Source of the DNA: Marispirochaeta sp.
GTDB lineage: Bacteria; Spirochaetota; Spirochaetia; JC444; Marispirochaetaceae
Length of the DNA stretch: 64,000 bases
NCBI GenBank assembly: GCA_963676835.2
Contig: CAXXFF010000002.1
Span: forward strand, 640,001-704,000
Direction of reading: 5' to 3'
A program made the position numbers and the translations under genes. Numbering within the stretch: position 1 is the stretch's first letter; each line of letters begins with the position of its first letter. Shown here piece after piece: positions 19,983 to 29,068 of the stretch. The notes under the pieces were generated by a model. It did no database searches. It saw nothing but the letters and a program-made list of their open reading frames with translations, and was not told where the DNA came from.

Positions 19983-21142
19983 TATTTCAACCTTCCTTCG
20001 ATATACAATAGAATTTCCTGTAAAACACCATCTCCGCCGGGAGTCTGTAAAACGATATCAGCTGCCTCCCTGATAATTGGATGAGCATCTTTTGGGGAAA
20101 ATGAGACACCGCTTTTCTCAATTATCTTAAGGTCATTAAGACCGTCTCCGACAAAAGCGATATTCTCCCATTTAAAGGAAGAATCATTCATCCATTCTTC
20201 TATTTTTGTTACTTTATCGGTTATTCCATGAAAGTAATTGGTTACTTGCAGTTTTTCCACACGTTTCTGAACCGGCAATGAAGATTCTGATGTACAAACG
20301 ACAATTTCAAAACCCAGTTCCTTAAACTTTACAATTGCGGCTCCGTCGCGTGTATTAAACTTTTTTAGGTATTCACCATCAGAGTTATAATACATACCAC
20401 CATCGGTTAAAGTACCGTCAATATCGGCAACAATGACTTTTATCTTCTGAAGATCACTTTCTTTACCGGCATCACCTTTGAGCTTCTTGAAGGCCATTTC
20501 AGCATCAGGCCAGTCTCCTGGTTCATCGATCTCTATTCCGGTTTCTTCTTTCATAACATAAACACTTATTTTACCAGCGAGACGGCTTTCATGCTCAACA
20601 AGAACAGGAGTTTTGGTAAAATAAAAACTGCCGTTTTCCATTATGTTATCATTAAATTCCTGCCGACGCGGTCTATGTACCGGATCGTAGTTTATAGGTG
20701 TGCCTGCTTTCTTCCAGATAAATCTGTGAAACGGGACACCTGTTACAAGAGAATCGGATTTTTCTGCAAGAAACTGTGCATACGCCGACTGAAAATCTTC
20801 TGGTGTGACCGTAGGTGTTGTAATCTGGATAAGCGAGAGTACATCGCAAGGGTTTTCTTTTTCAAACCATAACATTAAAGATTCTACAGTTGCTTCATCT
20901 GTTGCCGTATAGTCCGGACGAAAAACTACATTCGCTTCAGGTAACCATTCCCTGATCATATCGTGATACTGTTGAGAATCAACAGCTATATAAAGGCCGC
21001 CTGTATATATACCGCTATCAAGCGCTGCTTTCGCAGCCCAGTAAAATAGCGGTTTCTTATGAAATAGCTTGATATTCTTGTTAGGTATAGATTTTGAGCC
21101 TGAACGCAAAGCTATGAGCCCGGTTACAATTTCTTTAGACAT
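19982..21142 (-). CDS. CMP-nonulosonate synthetase fused to KdsC-type HAD phosphatase
   Basis: RSGSKSIPNKNI, RPRRQ, EIDEP, then DIDGTLTDGG, FNTRDG, GDGLND; GGAGG SD upstream. Confidence 0.92.
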   Translation of the reverse strand: MSKEIVTGLIALRSGSKSIPNKNIKLFHKKPLFYWAAKAALDSGIYTGGLYIAVDSQQYHDMIREWLPEANVVFRPDYTATDEATVESLMLWFEKENPCDVLSLIQITTPTVTPEDFQSAYAQFLAEKSDSLVTGVPFHRFIWKKAGTPINYDPVHRPRRQEFNDNIMENGSFYFTKTPVLVEHESRLAGKISVYVMKEETGIEIDEPGDWPDAEMAFKKLKGDAGKESDLQKIKVIVADIDGTLTDGGMYYNSDGEYLKKFNTRDGAAIVKFKELGFEIVVCTSESSLPVQKRVEKLQVTNYFHGITDKVTKIEEWMNDSSFKWENIAFVGDGLNDLKIIEKSGVSFSPKDAHPIIREAADIVLQTPGGDGVLQEILLYIEGRLK

Positions 21143-21189
21143 GATCAGTCTGCTCCTCCAAGCTATATTTATTCATAGTGTTTACCCTT

Positions 21190-21198
21190 ATTATACCA
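21190..21198 (-). promoter_or_regulatory. Extended -10 promoter (TGGTATAAT) for the minus-strand neuA-HAD/neuB-like pair
   Basis: Minus strand reads CTTGGTATAATAAGG about 48 bp upstream of ATG 21142. Confidence 0.6.
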
Positions 21199-21552
21199 AG
21201 GAAAATAAATCTTTATATGTGTGTATATTTCAGGATGATAGGCAAATTAACCGAAGTGTGCAAGGTAGAGCAACCTGGAAACGGAACAGGTAAAGAAGAA
21301 AAATTATGTTTCACCATTGGTTTACCAATATATTAGACTCAAAAGGTGCGTTGAATAAATGCAAGACATATGATAGTAAATTTCAGTTTAAATACATAAC
21401 TTCTATAAAGTTATGTGCGTTGCATGTAACCACAACATGTATTTCTGGTCAAGCAATTCAATCAGCATGTCTGAAGAAGAGAATACCGTGGCTCTGTTCC
21501 AGGGATTTTCCTCCCTGCTGAAACATCTTGGATATAAGGAGATTGACAATAA

Positions 21553-22428
21553 ATGAACATCAATTATAAACAGCCCCAGGTTATTGCAGAGATTGGCTGC
21601 AACCATAAAGGGGAGATGGAGATTGCCAAAGAACTGATAAAGATGGCATCGTTTTTCTGTAAAGCACCGGTTGCTAAATTTCAGAAACGTACTCCAAAAG
21701 AGCTGTTAAGTGAGGAACAGTACAATGCTCCCCACCCGAATCCGATGCATTCTTATGGTGATACCTACGGCGCCCACCGGGAGTTTCTCGAATTCTCTCT
21801 AGACCAGCACCGGGAGTTGAAAGAGTATTGTGAGGAAAATGAAATTATCTACAGCTCCTCAGTGTGGGATATGACCTCGGCCAAGGAGATTGCAACCCTT
21901 GATCCTGAATTGATAAAGATCCCGTCGGCAATGAACACCCATAATGCGATGCTTAGCTTTCTGTGTGATGAATATGGCGGGCAGATCCATATTTCAACCG
22001 GTATGTCGACTCAGGATGAAGTTGATGCCATGGTTAAGCTGTTTGAGAGCAAAAGCAGGGCAAAGGACCTGGTGCTTTATGCCTGTACCTCCGGATATCC
22101 TGTGCCGTTTGAAGATGTAAAGCTTCTTGATATCCCGGATCTTATTGAACGTTATGGGGCAAGAGTCGGAAGTATCGGTTTTTCCGGACATCATCTTGGT
22201 ATCGCTATCGATGTGGCAGCCTATGCGCTTGGTGCAACCTGGATAGAGCGGCATTTTACCCTGGACCGTACCTGGAAAGGTACCGACCATGCAGCTTCCC
22301 TTGAACCGGACGGTCTGCGCAGGGTAGTACGGGATCTGAATGCTACATATAAATCCATGGGTCGCAAGGATGGCGGTCTTCTGGATATTGAAATAGAGCA
22401 GCGGGAAAAGCTTAAGTGGCGCAGTTAA
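21553..22428 (+). CDS. NeuB-family synthase without SAF domain (NulO-9-phosphate/KDN-9-P synthase-like)
   Basis: IAEIGCNHKG, KFQKR, CTSGYP, GFSGHHLG, IERHFTLDR, GTDHAASL; AAGGAG SD. Confidence 0.9.
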   Translation: MNINYKQPQVIAEIGCNHKGEMEIAKELIKMASFFCKAPVAKFQKRTPKELLSEEQYNAPHPNPMHSYGDTYGAHREFLEFSLDQHRELKEYCEENEIIYSSSVWDMTSAKEIATLDPELIKIPSAMNTHNAMLSFLCDEYGGQIHISTGMSTQDEVDAMVKLFESKSRAKDLVLYACTSGYPVPFEDVKLLDIPDLIERYGARVGSIGFSGHHLGIAIDVAAYALGATWIERHFTLDRTWKGTDHAASLEPDGLRRVVRDLNATYKSMGRKDGGLLDIEIEQREKLKWRS

Positions 22429-22445
22429 GGGAAGAGAATTAACGG

Positions 22446-23183
22446 ATGGTAACTGCTTTTATTCCGGTTCGCGGCGGGAGTAAATCAATCCCGCTGAAGA
22501 ATATAAAATCTTTCTGCGGCAGACCGCTGGTGTACTGGAATCTGCAGGCTTTGGAGGAAACCCCGGGCGTTGATCACATAGTAGTGGCTACTGACAGCGA
22601 CGAAATCGACGTCGTGGTGAAGTCTTTCGGCTTTTCAAAGGTGGCAGTGTATAGGAGAGGTGAGGAAAATGCATCTGATACCGCCTCTACAGAATCTGTT
22701 ATGCTTGAATACCTTCAGGCCTGTCCCATTCCGGGTAACGATCTATTTATGCTGGTCCAGGCTACATCTCCGCTTACCAGAAGGGAAGATTTTTCCCAAG
22801 CATTGAAGATCTACGAATCATCCAATTGTGACAGCCTGCTCTCCTGTGTACGTACCAAGCGCTTTTTCTGGACTGAAGAAGGAAAGCCGATAAATTATGA
22901 CTACCGAAACCGTCCGCGCCGGCAGGAGTTCGAAGGCTTGATGATGGAAAACGGTGCGTTTTACATAAACAGAGCAGAGAATGTTCTCCGGGATAAAAAC
23001 CGTCTTTCCGGACAGATTTCTGTCTACGAAATGCCGGAGTTTACATCTGTGGAAATTGATGAACCGGATGACTGGGTTATTGCAGAATCAATAATGAGAA
23101 AAAACTCCCCTGAACGGATTAAACTCAGTGAAGGGCGTGAAGATATCCGACTCAATCATCTTTTGGAAGAAAAGAATGGCTGA
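22446..23183 (+). CDS. Acylneuraminate cytidylyltransferase (third NeuA-like paralogue)
   Basis: PVRGGSKSIPLKNI, QATSPL, RPRRQ, ENGAFY, EIDEPDD. Confidence 0.92.
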   Translation: MVTAFIPVRGGSKSIPLKNIKSFCGRPLVYWNLQALEETPGVDHIVVATDSDEIDVVVKSFGFSKVAVYRRGEENASDTASTESVMLEYLQACPIPGNDLFMLVQATSPLTRREDFSQALKIYESSNCDSLLSCVRTKRFFWTEEGKPINYDYRNRPRRQEFEGLMMENGAFYINRAENVLRDKNRLSGQISVYEMPEFTSVEIDEPDDWVIAESIMRKNSPERIKLSEGREDIRLNHLLEEKNG

Positions 23184-24387
23184 CGAAAAAGATATTCCCC
23201 CCCTTGCAGCCTGTGGCAGATTTCTTGTTGCAGAAAACAGAAATTCAGATCTTTCCGTTGATGACCGTCTGAAAATACAGCGGCGTACACTGTACGGGAA
23301 AATCCTGGGAAAGCTCTATCGTACTGGATGGGCGGGAGGCTTTTTGTTCCTGCTGTTTTCTGTATACAAACGGGATTCTGTAATAAATTTTCGGAATATG
23401 ATCATTGCAGACCATTCCAGCAGGGTAATCCATAACTCACTCAAAAGGGTCTGGGGTGCCGGATATGAAAAAAATATACGGAAAAATCGGGCATCCCTGC
23501 TTTCAGCCTATGTCTCTTTGTTTTCCAATTACCGGAAACTAAAATCCGCTTATAAAATTGCCCGGGTTGCTCATGTAACCGAATATGTACGTCTTATCCG
23601 GCTGTTTCATTTCTATATTGTCTGGAAAGCCTGGTTTCAGAAGAATAAAGCTGTATCTGCCCTGATTGCCCGAACCAACGATCAGAATAGACTTGCTCTC
23701 GGTGTGGCGGTAGAGGAACTCAATATTCCCCTGGCGCTGTTTACCATTGCACGCACAGCAATTCCCCGTCTTGTTCCATTTGCCGTAGCTGAAGCATTCT
23801 GCTGGACCACGTTGCAAGCGAAAGAGTATCAGAAAGCCGGTGTTTCTGCGTTACGAATGCCGGTGCCTTTTATAAAAGAGATGAAACTGCCGGTTCCTGA
23901 ATCCTCTGCTGCTGTAACTGGAATGCTTCTGAATGCTAAGGTTGATGTACAGAAACTGAAGGATTGGATTGCTGCCGCTGAAGGTACAGGTATACGGAAT
24001 ATTCAGCTGCGGCCGCACCCCGGGTATGATGTTTCCAGGCTATATAGTCTGGACAATGTCAGCATATGCGACTGGCATCAGCCCCTGGGGGAATATCTTG
24101 ATTCTCTGGATATGGTGTTCGCCCTCAATACTCACGCGGTTATTGAAGCACTGCTGCACGGTGTTCCTGTTGTCTATATCGGTGGTTTAGATCCCTATGA
24201 ATTTGATCTGCACGGATTCGTGCAATCGGGTATAACTATAGCTTATTCTGACTCATTGAAGATTCCACAGGAAGTCAGTGAATTCTATGGATCTGACAAA
24301 TTTAAGCAAATGTGGAATCCGAATGAATTTGAAACAGATCCAGGCCCCGAACGGGCAGCTCTGGAAAAACTTGCCGGGAGTTCCTGA
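23176..24387 (+). CDS. Hypothetical protein, possible GT-B nonulosonate transferase
   Basis: LRPHP and THAVIEALLHGVPV motifs resembling the C-terminal Rossmann domain of sialyl/Kdo-transferase-like proteins; follows neuB-neuA. Confidence 0.5.
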   Translation: MADEKDIPPLAACGRFLVAENRNSDLSVDDRLKIQRRTLYGKILGKLYRTGWAGGFLFLLFSVYKRDSVINFRNMIIADHSSRVIHNSLKRVWGAGYEKNIRKNRASLLSAYVSLFSNYRKLKSAYKIARVAHVTEYVRLIRLFHFYIVWKAWFQKNKAVSALIARTNDQNRLALGVAVEELNIPLALFTIARTAIPRLVPFAVAEAFCWTTLQAKEYQKAGVSALRMPVPFIKEMKLPVPESSAAVTGMLLNAKVDVQKLKDWIAAAEGTGIRNIQLRPHPGYDVSRLYSLDNVSICDWHQPLGEYLDSLDMVFALNTHAVIEALLHGVPVVYIGGLDPYEFDLHGFVQSGITIAYSDSLKIPQEVSEFYGSDKFKQMWNPNEFETDPGPERAALEKLAGSS

Positions 24388-24389
24388 TT

Positions 24390-26294
24390 GTGAATTTACT
24401 GAAGCATCCTGTAGAAAGGCTCCTTTACTTTATAAAAACCGACTTGCTGAAAAAGAAAGGGAAGCGGCGTTATATTCATCCACGTCTCGGTGTAGAAGGT
24501 TTTTTCCGGGAATTGAAATCCCGGGATATTTCCTACTCTGTCCTGCGCTGGTTTGAGACACTGCCTCATGTTGAAGACGGCGAGGATATCGACCTTCTTT
24601 TTGCTGACAGGGATATTCATAGAATAGACGATCTGTTTACCGGTACAAGATCCTGGGGAACCCCATGCGATATCTATACTTCAAGCGGTCTTCCGGGAAC
24701 CTCCTTCAGAGGGATAGCCTATTTTCCTGATCACATTGCCAATGAACTTCTGGACACGGCTGTCTGGCAGGATGAGCTGATCCGGGTACCAAATCCCCGC
24801 ACCCATTATCTCTCAATGATGTACCATATCCTTTATCATAAAGGGTATGAATCCGGACTTCCTTCATCACTGGCGAATCAGAATGACCGTGAACTCCCGA
24901 TGCCGGAAACGGTGGATCATGACTATCCCGCTGTTCTTGCGTCATGTGCAAAGAACGCTGGTATGGAGCTTCCGGAAATAAGTCTTGAATCTCTGGATAA
25001 ATTTTTAGCGGTCCAGGGCTGGCAACCGGCAAAAGATGCTCTTGAAAAGCTTTCTGCACGTAATCTGTGGGTACACGACCGTTTTTTTGCTGATAAGGAA
25101 ACACTTGATTCTCTTTGGAACGGTTTTTCTGTTTTTATTGTTCGGGAACGGGGTATGGATTTTATCGATACGATTCGTTCTGTTCTGCAGGAGGCAGGGT
25201 TTGAAATTCTTCTTGAACAATCATTGTCCGGAGATGCAAAGGAGCGTGCATCAAAAAACCTGCGGGGTGGAAACTGGAACCGCGGTCCCTGGCCGGTCAG
25301 CGGCGGACTGCCTGCATATTTAATAGCGGTAAATGACAGTTTTCCTCTTGAACCACCCGCAAAGCTGAAGGAAAAGCATAACGGTCTTGCAAACAGCCGT
25401 CTGTGGGATACAAAGATACGTATCCGGGATGCAGTTAACGCACAGCAGCCTAAAGAGGAACAATGCAATATCCTCCATTCAGCGGATAATTCCCATCAGG
25501 CACTGGAGTATTTTCAAACAGCTTTACCGGGAGCAAGTCTTAAGCAGATAGAATTACAGCTTGAAAATGCAGCATCTGCTACCCGGCTTCCCTTAACCGA
25601 ACTTGAAGTTTTCAACGGACACTCCCGCAGGGCAAAGGTCTCCCGGGTGCAGTACAATGATATTACGGCCGTAGCCAAGGTCTACCGTCCCGGCCGGGAA
25701 CGGTTCCTGCAGCGGGAACTGTTGGCTCGAAGTCTGGGAAAGAGCCTTCCAGAGATGACACCTGTACTGGGTCATGGTGAGTCCTGGTTTATTATGCCCG
25801 AATACAGGGATGTTCTGTACCGGAACCGCCTGCTGCCATTGAAGGTTGTTAAACGGACCCGGGAGATCATCCTTCACTTCAGACAGGCCGGATATGAATT
25901 GATTGATTTCAAGCCGAAGAATCTGATTATCGATGAGACAGAGGGGCTCAAGATAATCGATTTTGAGTTTATGCAGAAAGGAGATGGTCCTTCCTCGGAT
26001 TTTATCGGCAATTATTGCTGGTTTCAGATACCAGCTTCCTTTAGTGGAGATGTCCCGGTAATGCGGAAGAGTCGCCGGCGTTGTTACTACCGGTTCTGGT
26101 TTTCTTCTACCGGGATTCCACTCTTTTTTCTTATGTACGATTTTCCCCTTCCAATTCTTGCGGCTGCCCGTGTTTTTGGTATGTTTCCCGCATGGGGCAT
26201 GCGCTTCCTGCGTAATGCCAGACCATCATTTTCCCGTTTTAAAACCCGTGTTAAAAAAGGTATAATATCACTCGCAAAAAAGGTTCTTGGTTGA
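24390..26294 (+). CDS. Three-domain protein: nucleotidyltransferase-like + NDP-kinase-like + protein-kinase-like fold
   Basis: GEDIDLL and PCDIY; FIVRERG..AGFEI..NILHSADN; AKVY..RE..IDFKPKNL..IIDFE. Confidence 0.6.
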   Translation: MNLLKHPVERLLYFIKTDLLKKKGKRRYIHPRLGVEGFFRELKSRDISYSVLRWFETLPHVEDGEDIDLLFADRDIHRIDDLFTGTRSWGTPCDIYTSSGLPGTSFRGIAYFPDHIANELLDTAVWQDELIRVPNPRTHYLSMMYHILYHKGYESGLPSSLANQNDRELPMPETVDHDYPAVLASCAKNAGMELPEISLESLDKFLAVQGWQPAKDALEKLSARNLWVHDRFFADKETLDSLWNGFSVFIVRERGMDFIDTIRSVLQEAGFEILLEQSLSGDAKERASKNLRGGNWNRGPWPVSGGLPAYLIAVNDSFPLEPPAKLKEKHNGLANSRLWDTKIRIRDAVNAQQPKEEQCNILHSADNSHQALEYFQTALPGASLKQIELQLENAASATRLPLTELEVFNGHSRRAKVSRVQYNDITAVAKVYRPGRERFLQRELLARSLGKSLPEMTPVLGHGESWFIMPEYRDVLYRNRLLPLKVVKRTREIILHFRQAGYELIDFKPKNLIIDETEGLKIIDFEFMQKGDGPSSDFIGNYCWFQIPASFSGDVPVMRKSRRRCYYRFWFSSTGIPLFFLMYDFPLPILAAARVFGMFPAWGMRFLRNARPSFSRFKTRVKKGIISLAKKVLG

Positions 26295-26298
26295 TTGA

Positions 26299-27144
26299 AT
26301 GAAAGAGAGTACAGTTTCCCCCCGTGTATCAGTAGTAATCCCCACCTACAAGCGTCCCGAGGAGCTTAAACGCGCTCTTACCAGCATACTGACCCAGGAC
26401 TACAAGGATATAGAAATCGTAATAATCGACGATAACCATCCCGGATCAGATACCCGGAAGGCAACCGAAGAAGCCGTCGGCAGTATTCAGGGCCCTTTGG
26501 TTCACTTAAAGAATGAAAAATCTCTCGGCGGAGGCGGCGCCCGCAACCGGGGTATCGAAAATGCCAGGGGTGAATATATCGCCTTCCTGGATGATGATGA
26601 TGAATGGCTGCCGGGTAAACTGAAACAACAGGTAGACCTGCTGGACAGCCTGCCTGAGACTGTCTGCAGTATCGATACCGGCTTTATCGAGATAGATGAA
26701 ATAAAAGGGACAACCAAAGAGGTAAAACCAGCACTTCGGGGGAGCATTTTCGACGAACTGCTGGTTAAACATAAAGGCCGGGCACCCAAGCTTTCTTCAA
26801 TGCTCTGTAGAACTGGGGCCTTGAGGGATATCGGCATGTTCGATGTTTCTCTTCCTGCACGTCAGGACCTGGATCTGTATCTGCGCCTGGCCCGGAAATA
26901 TACCTTTGAGTTTATCGAAGCTCCTCTGGTTAATAAGTATATCCACGGTTCAGACCGTATAACCAGCAATATAAAAAGCAAGATCACCGGCTTTGATATT
27001 TTCTATAAAAAGTACCGGGATGATTTTGCAACCAGACCCCATCTGCACCGCATATTTTTAAGAAAACAGGCGCTGTGGCTGTTGTATGATAAGCGTTTTC
27101 TACGCGGGTTTAGTCAGCTTGTACGGAGTTTTTTCCTGCGGTAG
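26299..27144 (+). CDS. Glycosyltransferase family 2
   Basis: VSVVIPTYKR, IIDD, ARNRGI, AFLDDDDEW, QDLDL. Confidence 0.95.
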   Translation: MKESTVSPRVSVVIPTYKRPEELKRALTSILTQDYKDIEIVIIDDNHPGSDTRKATEEAVGSIQGPLVHLKNEKSLGGGGARNRGIENARGEYIAFLDDDDEWLPGKLKQQVDLLDSLPETVCSIDTGFIEIDEIKGTTKEVKPALRGSIFDELLVKHKGRAPKLSSMLCRTGALRDIGMFDVSLPARQDLDLYLRLARKYTFEFIEAPLVNKYIHGSDRITSNIKSKITGFDIFYKKYRDDFATRPHLHRIFLRKQALWLLYDKRFLRGFSQLVRSFFLR

Positions 27145-27183
27145 GAGCCCGCTCTTACTGTTAGAAGTCTATGCTGAGTTCCA

Positions 27184-27268
27184 ACCCTTACCCCGCCCCT
27201 TTTCCAAAAGGAAAGGGAAGCTCCCATTCCTCTCCCCTCGCTCTTTGGGAGGGGCCGGGGGTGAGGGT
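27184..27268. repeat. REP-like inverted doublet
   Basis: Outer arms ACCCTTACCCCGCCCCT / AGGGGCCGGGGGTGAGGGT are imperfect inverted repeats; each half has an internal hairpin. Confidence 0.7.
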
Positions 27269-27410
27269 AAGCATTTTCAGGCAGAAATTTAATAATAACC
27301 AGCTGTCGTAACTGAATACTTTAAGCCACCTGTTCCTGGTGCGTTTTCTTTTGACACAGTGGTCTTGAATCCCTGTTTGCGTCTTGCAAATTCGGTGTAC
27401 ACTGTCTTCC

Positions 27411-28094
27411 ATGATTATCGAATTTACCGGCCTTCCCGGCAGCGGGAAGTCATATATCTCCCGGCTTACAGGTGAAAAACTACGTGAAGCCGGTAAAAAA
27501 GTCACAGAGCCGTCCCGTATCATAGGTCATTCTCCTTCTCTTCCGCGGATGGCGGCAAAATTGTTCCATGCATTTCTCTTCATTCTTCTTCATCCTTTTC
27601 TGTCTGCGGGGATCTATCACTCCGTTAACGCAACCGGTCAGAAAAGTCTCTCCAGCTTAATCAAATCCCTGTTGAACATCTATTTTCTCCTCAGCCTTGT
27701 GCTCCGGCACCGAAATTCCCGAAGCATTGTGCTTCTGGATCAGGGGCTGGTTCAGGGGGTGGTCTCCATTGTCTACGGAGCATCCGGGGCTCTTCCTATT
27801 TTTATTAAAAAAATTCCGCTTCCTGATATGCTGATCCGGGTGCATGTTTCCCCGGAAACCGCAGCTTCCAGGCTGGCTGCGCGAAAAAGCGGGGGAGGAA
27901 GCCGGGTGGAAAAGGACCCGGTGAATGAGCTGAAGCAGTTTGGTACAGCTCTTGAACGGGTCGAGGAAATTCTTTTAAAAGATGTTCCAGTTGTCATAAC
28001 GGCTGACAATGAGGATAATAACCCTGTTGATCTAATAAACAGACTATGTCGTGATATTCTTGACATCATGGGTAACAAAGGAAAACAGCTATGA
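27411..28094 (+). CDS. P-loop kinase, thymidylate/deoxynucleoside-kinase-like
   Basis: MIIEFTGLPGSGKS, LLDQG, LPDMLIRVHVSPETAASRL; central hydrophobic insert. Confidence 0.7.
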   Translation: MIIEFTGLPGSGKSYISRLTGEKLREAGKKVTEPSRIIGHSPSLPRMAAKLFHAFLFILLHPFLSAGIYHSVNATGQKSLSSLIKSLLNIYFLLSLVLRHRNSRSIVLLDQGLVQGVVSIVYGASGALPIFIKKIPLPDMLIRVHVSPETAASRLAARKSGGGSRVEKDPVNELKQFGTALERVEEILLKDVPVVITADNEDNNPVDLINRLCRDILDIMGNKGKQL

Positions 28095-29053
28095 AAATTC
28101 TTATCACCGGCGCCGCCGGATTTATCGGCTCAAACCTGTCCAGACGGCTTCTGGGAAAAAATAATTCAATTGTCTGTGTAGACAACTTCGATCCTTTCTA
28201 TGACCGAAGCGTAAAAGAGAAAAACATTACTGATCTTTTGAAGAACCCGGGCTTTAAATTGCTTGAAGAGAATATCATCGATGAGACCGCAATGAAAAAG
28301 GTTGTAGCTGAAGAAACACCAGAAATGATTATCCACCTTGCGGCAAAGGCCGGAGTTCGTCCTTCCATTGAGGATCCCGCCGGTTATTCCCGGACAAACA
28401 TAAACGGTTTAATTTCGGTACTCGAAGCAGCCAAAGCGGCCGGGGTAAAGGATATTATCTTTGCCTCCTCTTCGTCAGTTTATGGAAATACAAAAGAGGT
28501 TCCCTTCTCGGAGAAGGCATTTGTTGATCATCCTATTTCACCATACGCTGCAACCAAGAAAGCCGGGGAACTGCTCTGCAACACTTATAGCCATCTGAAT
28601 GGCATGAGGATTGCTTCTTTAAGGTTTTTTACGGTTTATGGCCCGGGTCAGCGTCCCGATCTGGCTATTGCCAAGTTTACCCGTATGATTGATCAGGGAC
28701 AGGAGATTCCTTTCTATGGTGACGGCAGTACGGAGCGGGATTATACATTTATCGAGGATATTCTTGGTGGTATTGAAGGTGTAATGGGCTGGCTTGTTCA
28801 GCAGCCGGAAAAGACCCACGAGGTATTCAACCTTGGTGAATCCCATACTACAACTTTGTCTGATATGGTTACCATAATTGAAAATGCCCTTGGGAAAAAA
28901 GCGAAACTCAACAGAATGCCTCTGCAGCCCGGGGATGTTTCCCGAACATATGCGGATATAAGTAAGGCAAAAGAGTTCTTTGGATATAATCCGTCTACTT
29001 TGTTAAAAGAAGGAATCCCAAAATACGTTGAGTGGTATCGGAAGCAGGACTAG
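28091..29053 (+). CDS. NAD-dependent nucleotide-sugar epimerase (UDP-glucuronate 4-epimerase-like)
   Basis: TGAAGFIG, HLAAKAGVRPS, ASSSSVYG, SPYAATKK, RFFTVYGP..RPD. Confidence 0.93.
   Translation: MKILITGAAGFIGSNLSRRLLGKNNSIVCVDNFDPFYDRSVKEKNITDLLKNPGFKLLEENIIDETAMKKVVAEETPEMIIHLAAKAGVRPSIEDPAGYSRTNINGLISVLEAAKAAGVKDIIFASSSSVYGNTKEVPFSEKAFVDHPISPYAATKKAGELLCNTYSHLNGMRIASLRFFTVYGPGQRPDLAIAKFTRMIDQGQEIPFYGDGSTERDYTFIEDILGGIEGVMGWLVQQPEKTHEVFNLGESHTTTLSDMVTIIENALGKKAKLNRMPLQPGDVSRTYADISKAKEFFGYNPSTLLKEGIPKYVEWYRKQD
29006..29053 (+). repeat. 48-bp exact direct repeat, copy 1 (copy 2 at 29796-29843)
   Basis: AAAGAAGGAATCCCAAAATACGTTGAGTGGTATCGGAAGCAGGACTAG occurs twice, 790 bp apart. Confidence 0.98.
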
Positions 29054-29068
29054 CTTATACCCTCTATT

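Noticed and set aside
19233..21200. Invertible (phase-variable) segment explaining the minus-strand neu genes
   Set aside because: No inverted repeats found at the two ends, no recombinase in the window, and the block has its own SD and promoter; orientation alone is not enough
21143..21552. Riboswitch/ncRNA or small ORFs in the 410-bp divergent gap (GGCAAA..GAAG, ACCTG..CAGGT)
   Set aside because: The stems needed for a c-di-GMP-I aptamer do not pair; the short ORFs lack SD and recognisable motifs
23197..23203. C7 tract near the 5' end of the putative transferase
   Set aside because: Too short to call a contingency locus without read-level length variation
27141..27158. GTAGGAGC-CC-GCTCTTAC as a GTAG-type REP
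   Set aside because: Single short copy overlapping a stop codon, with no RAYT transposase seen
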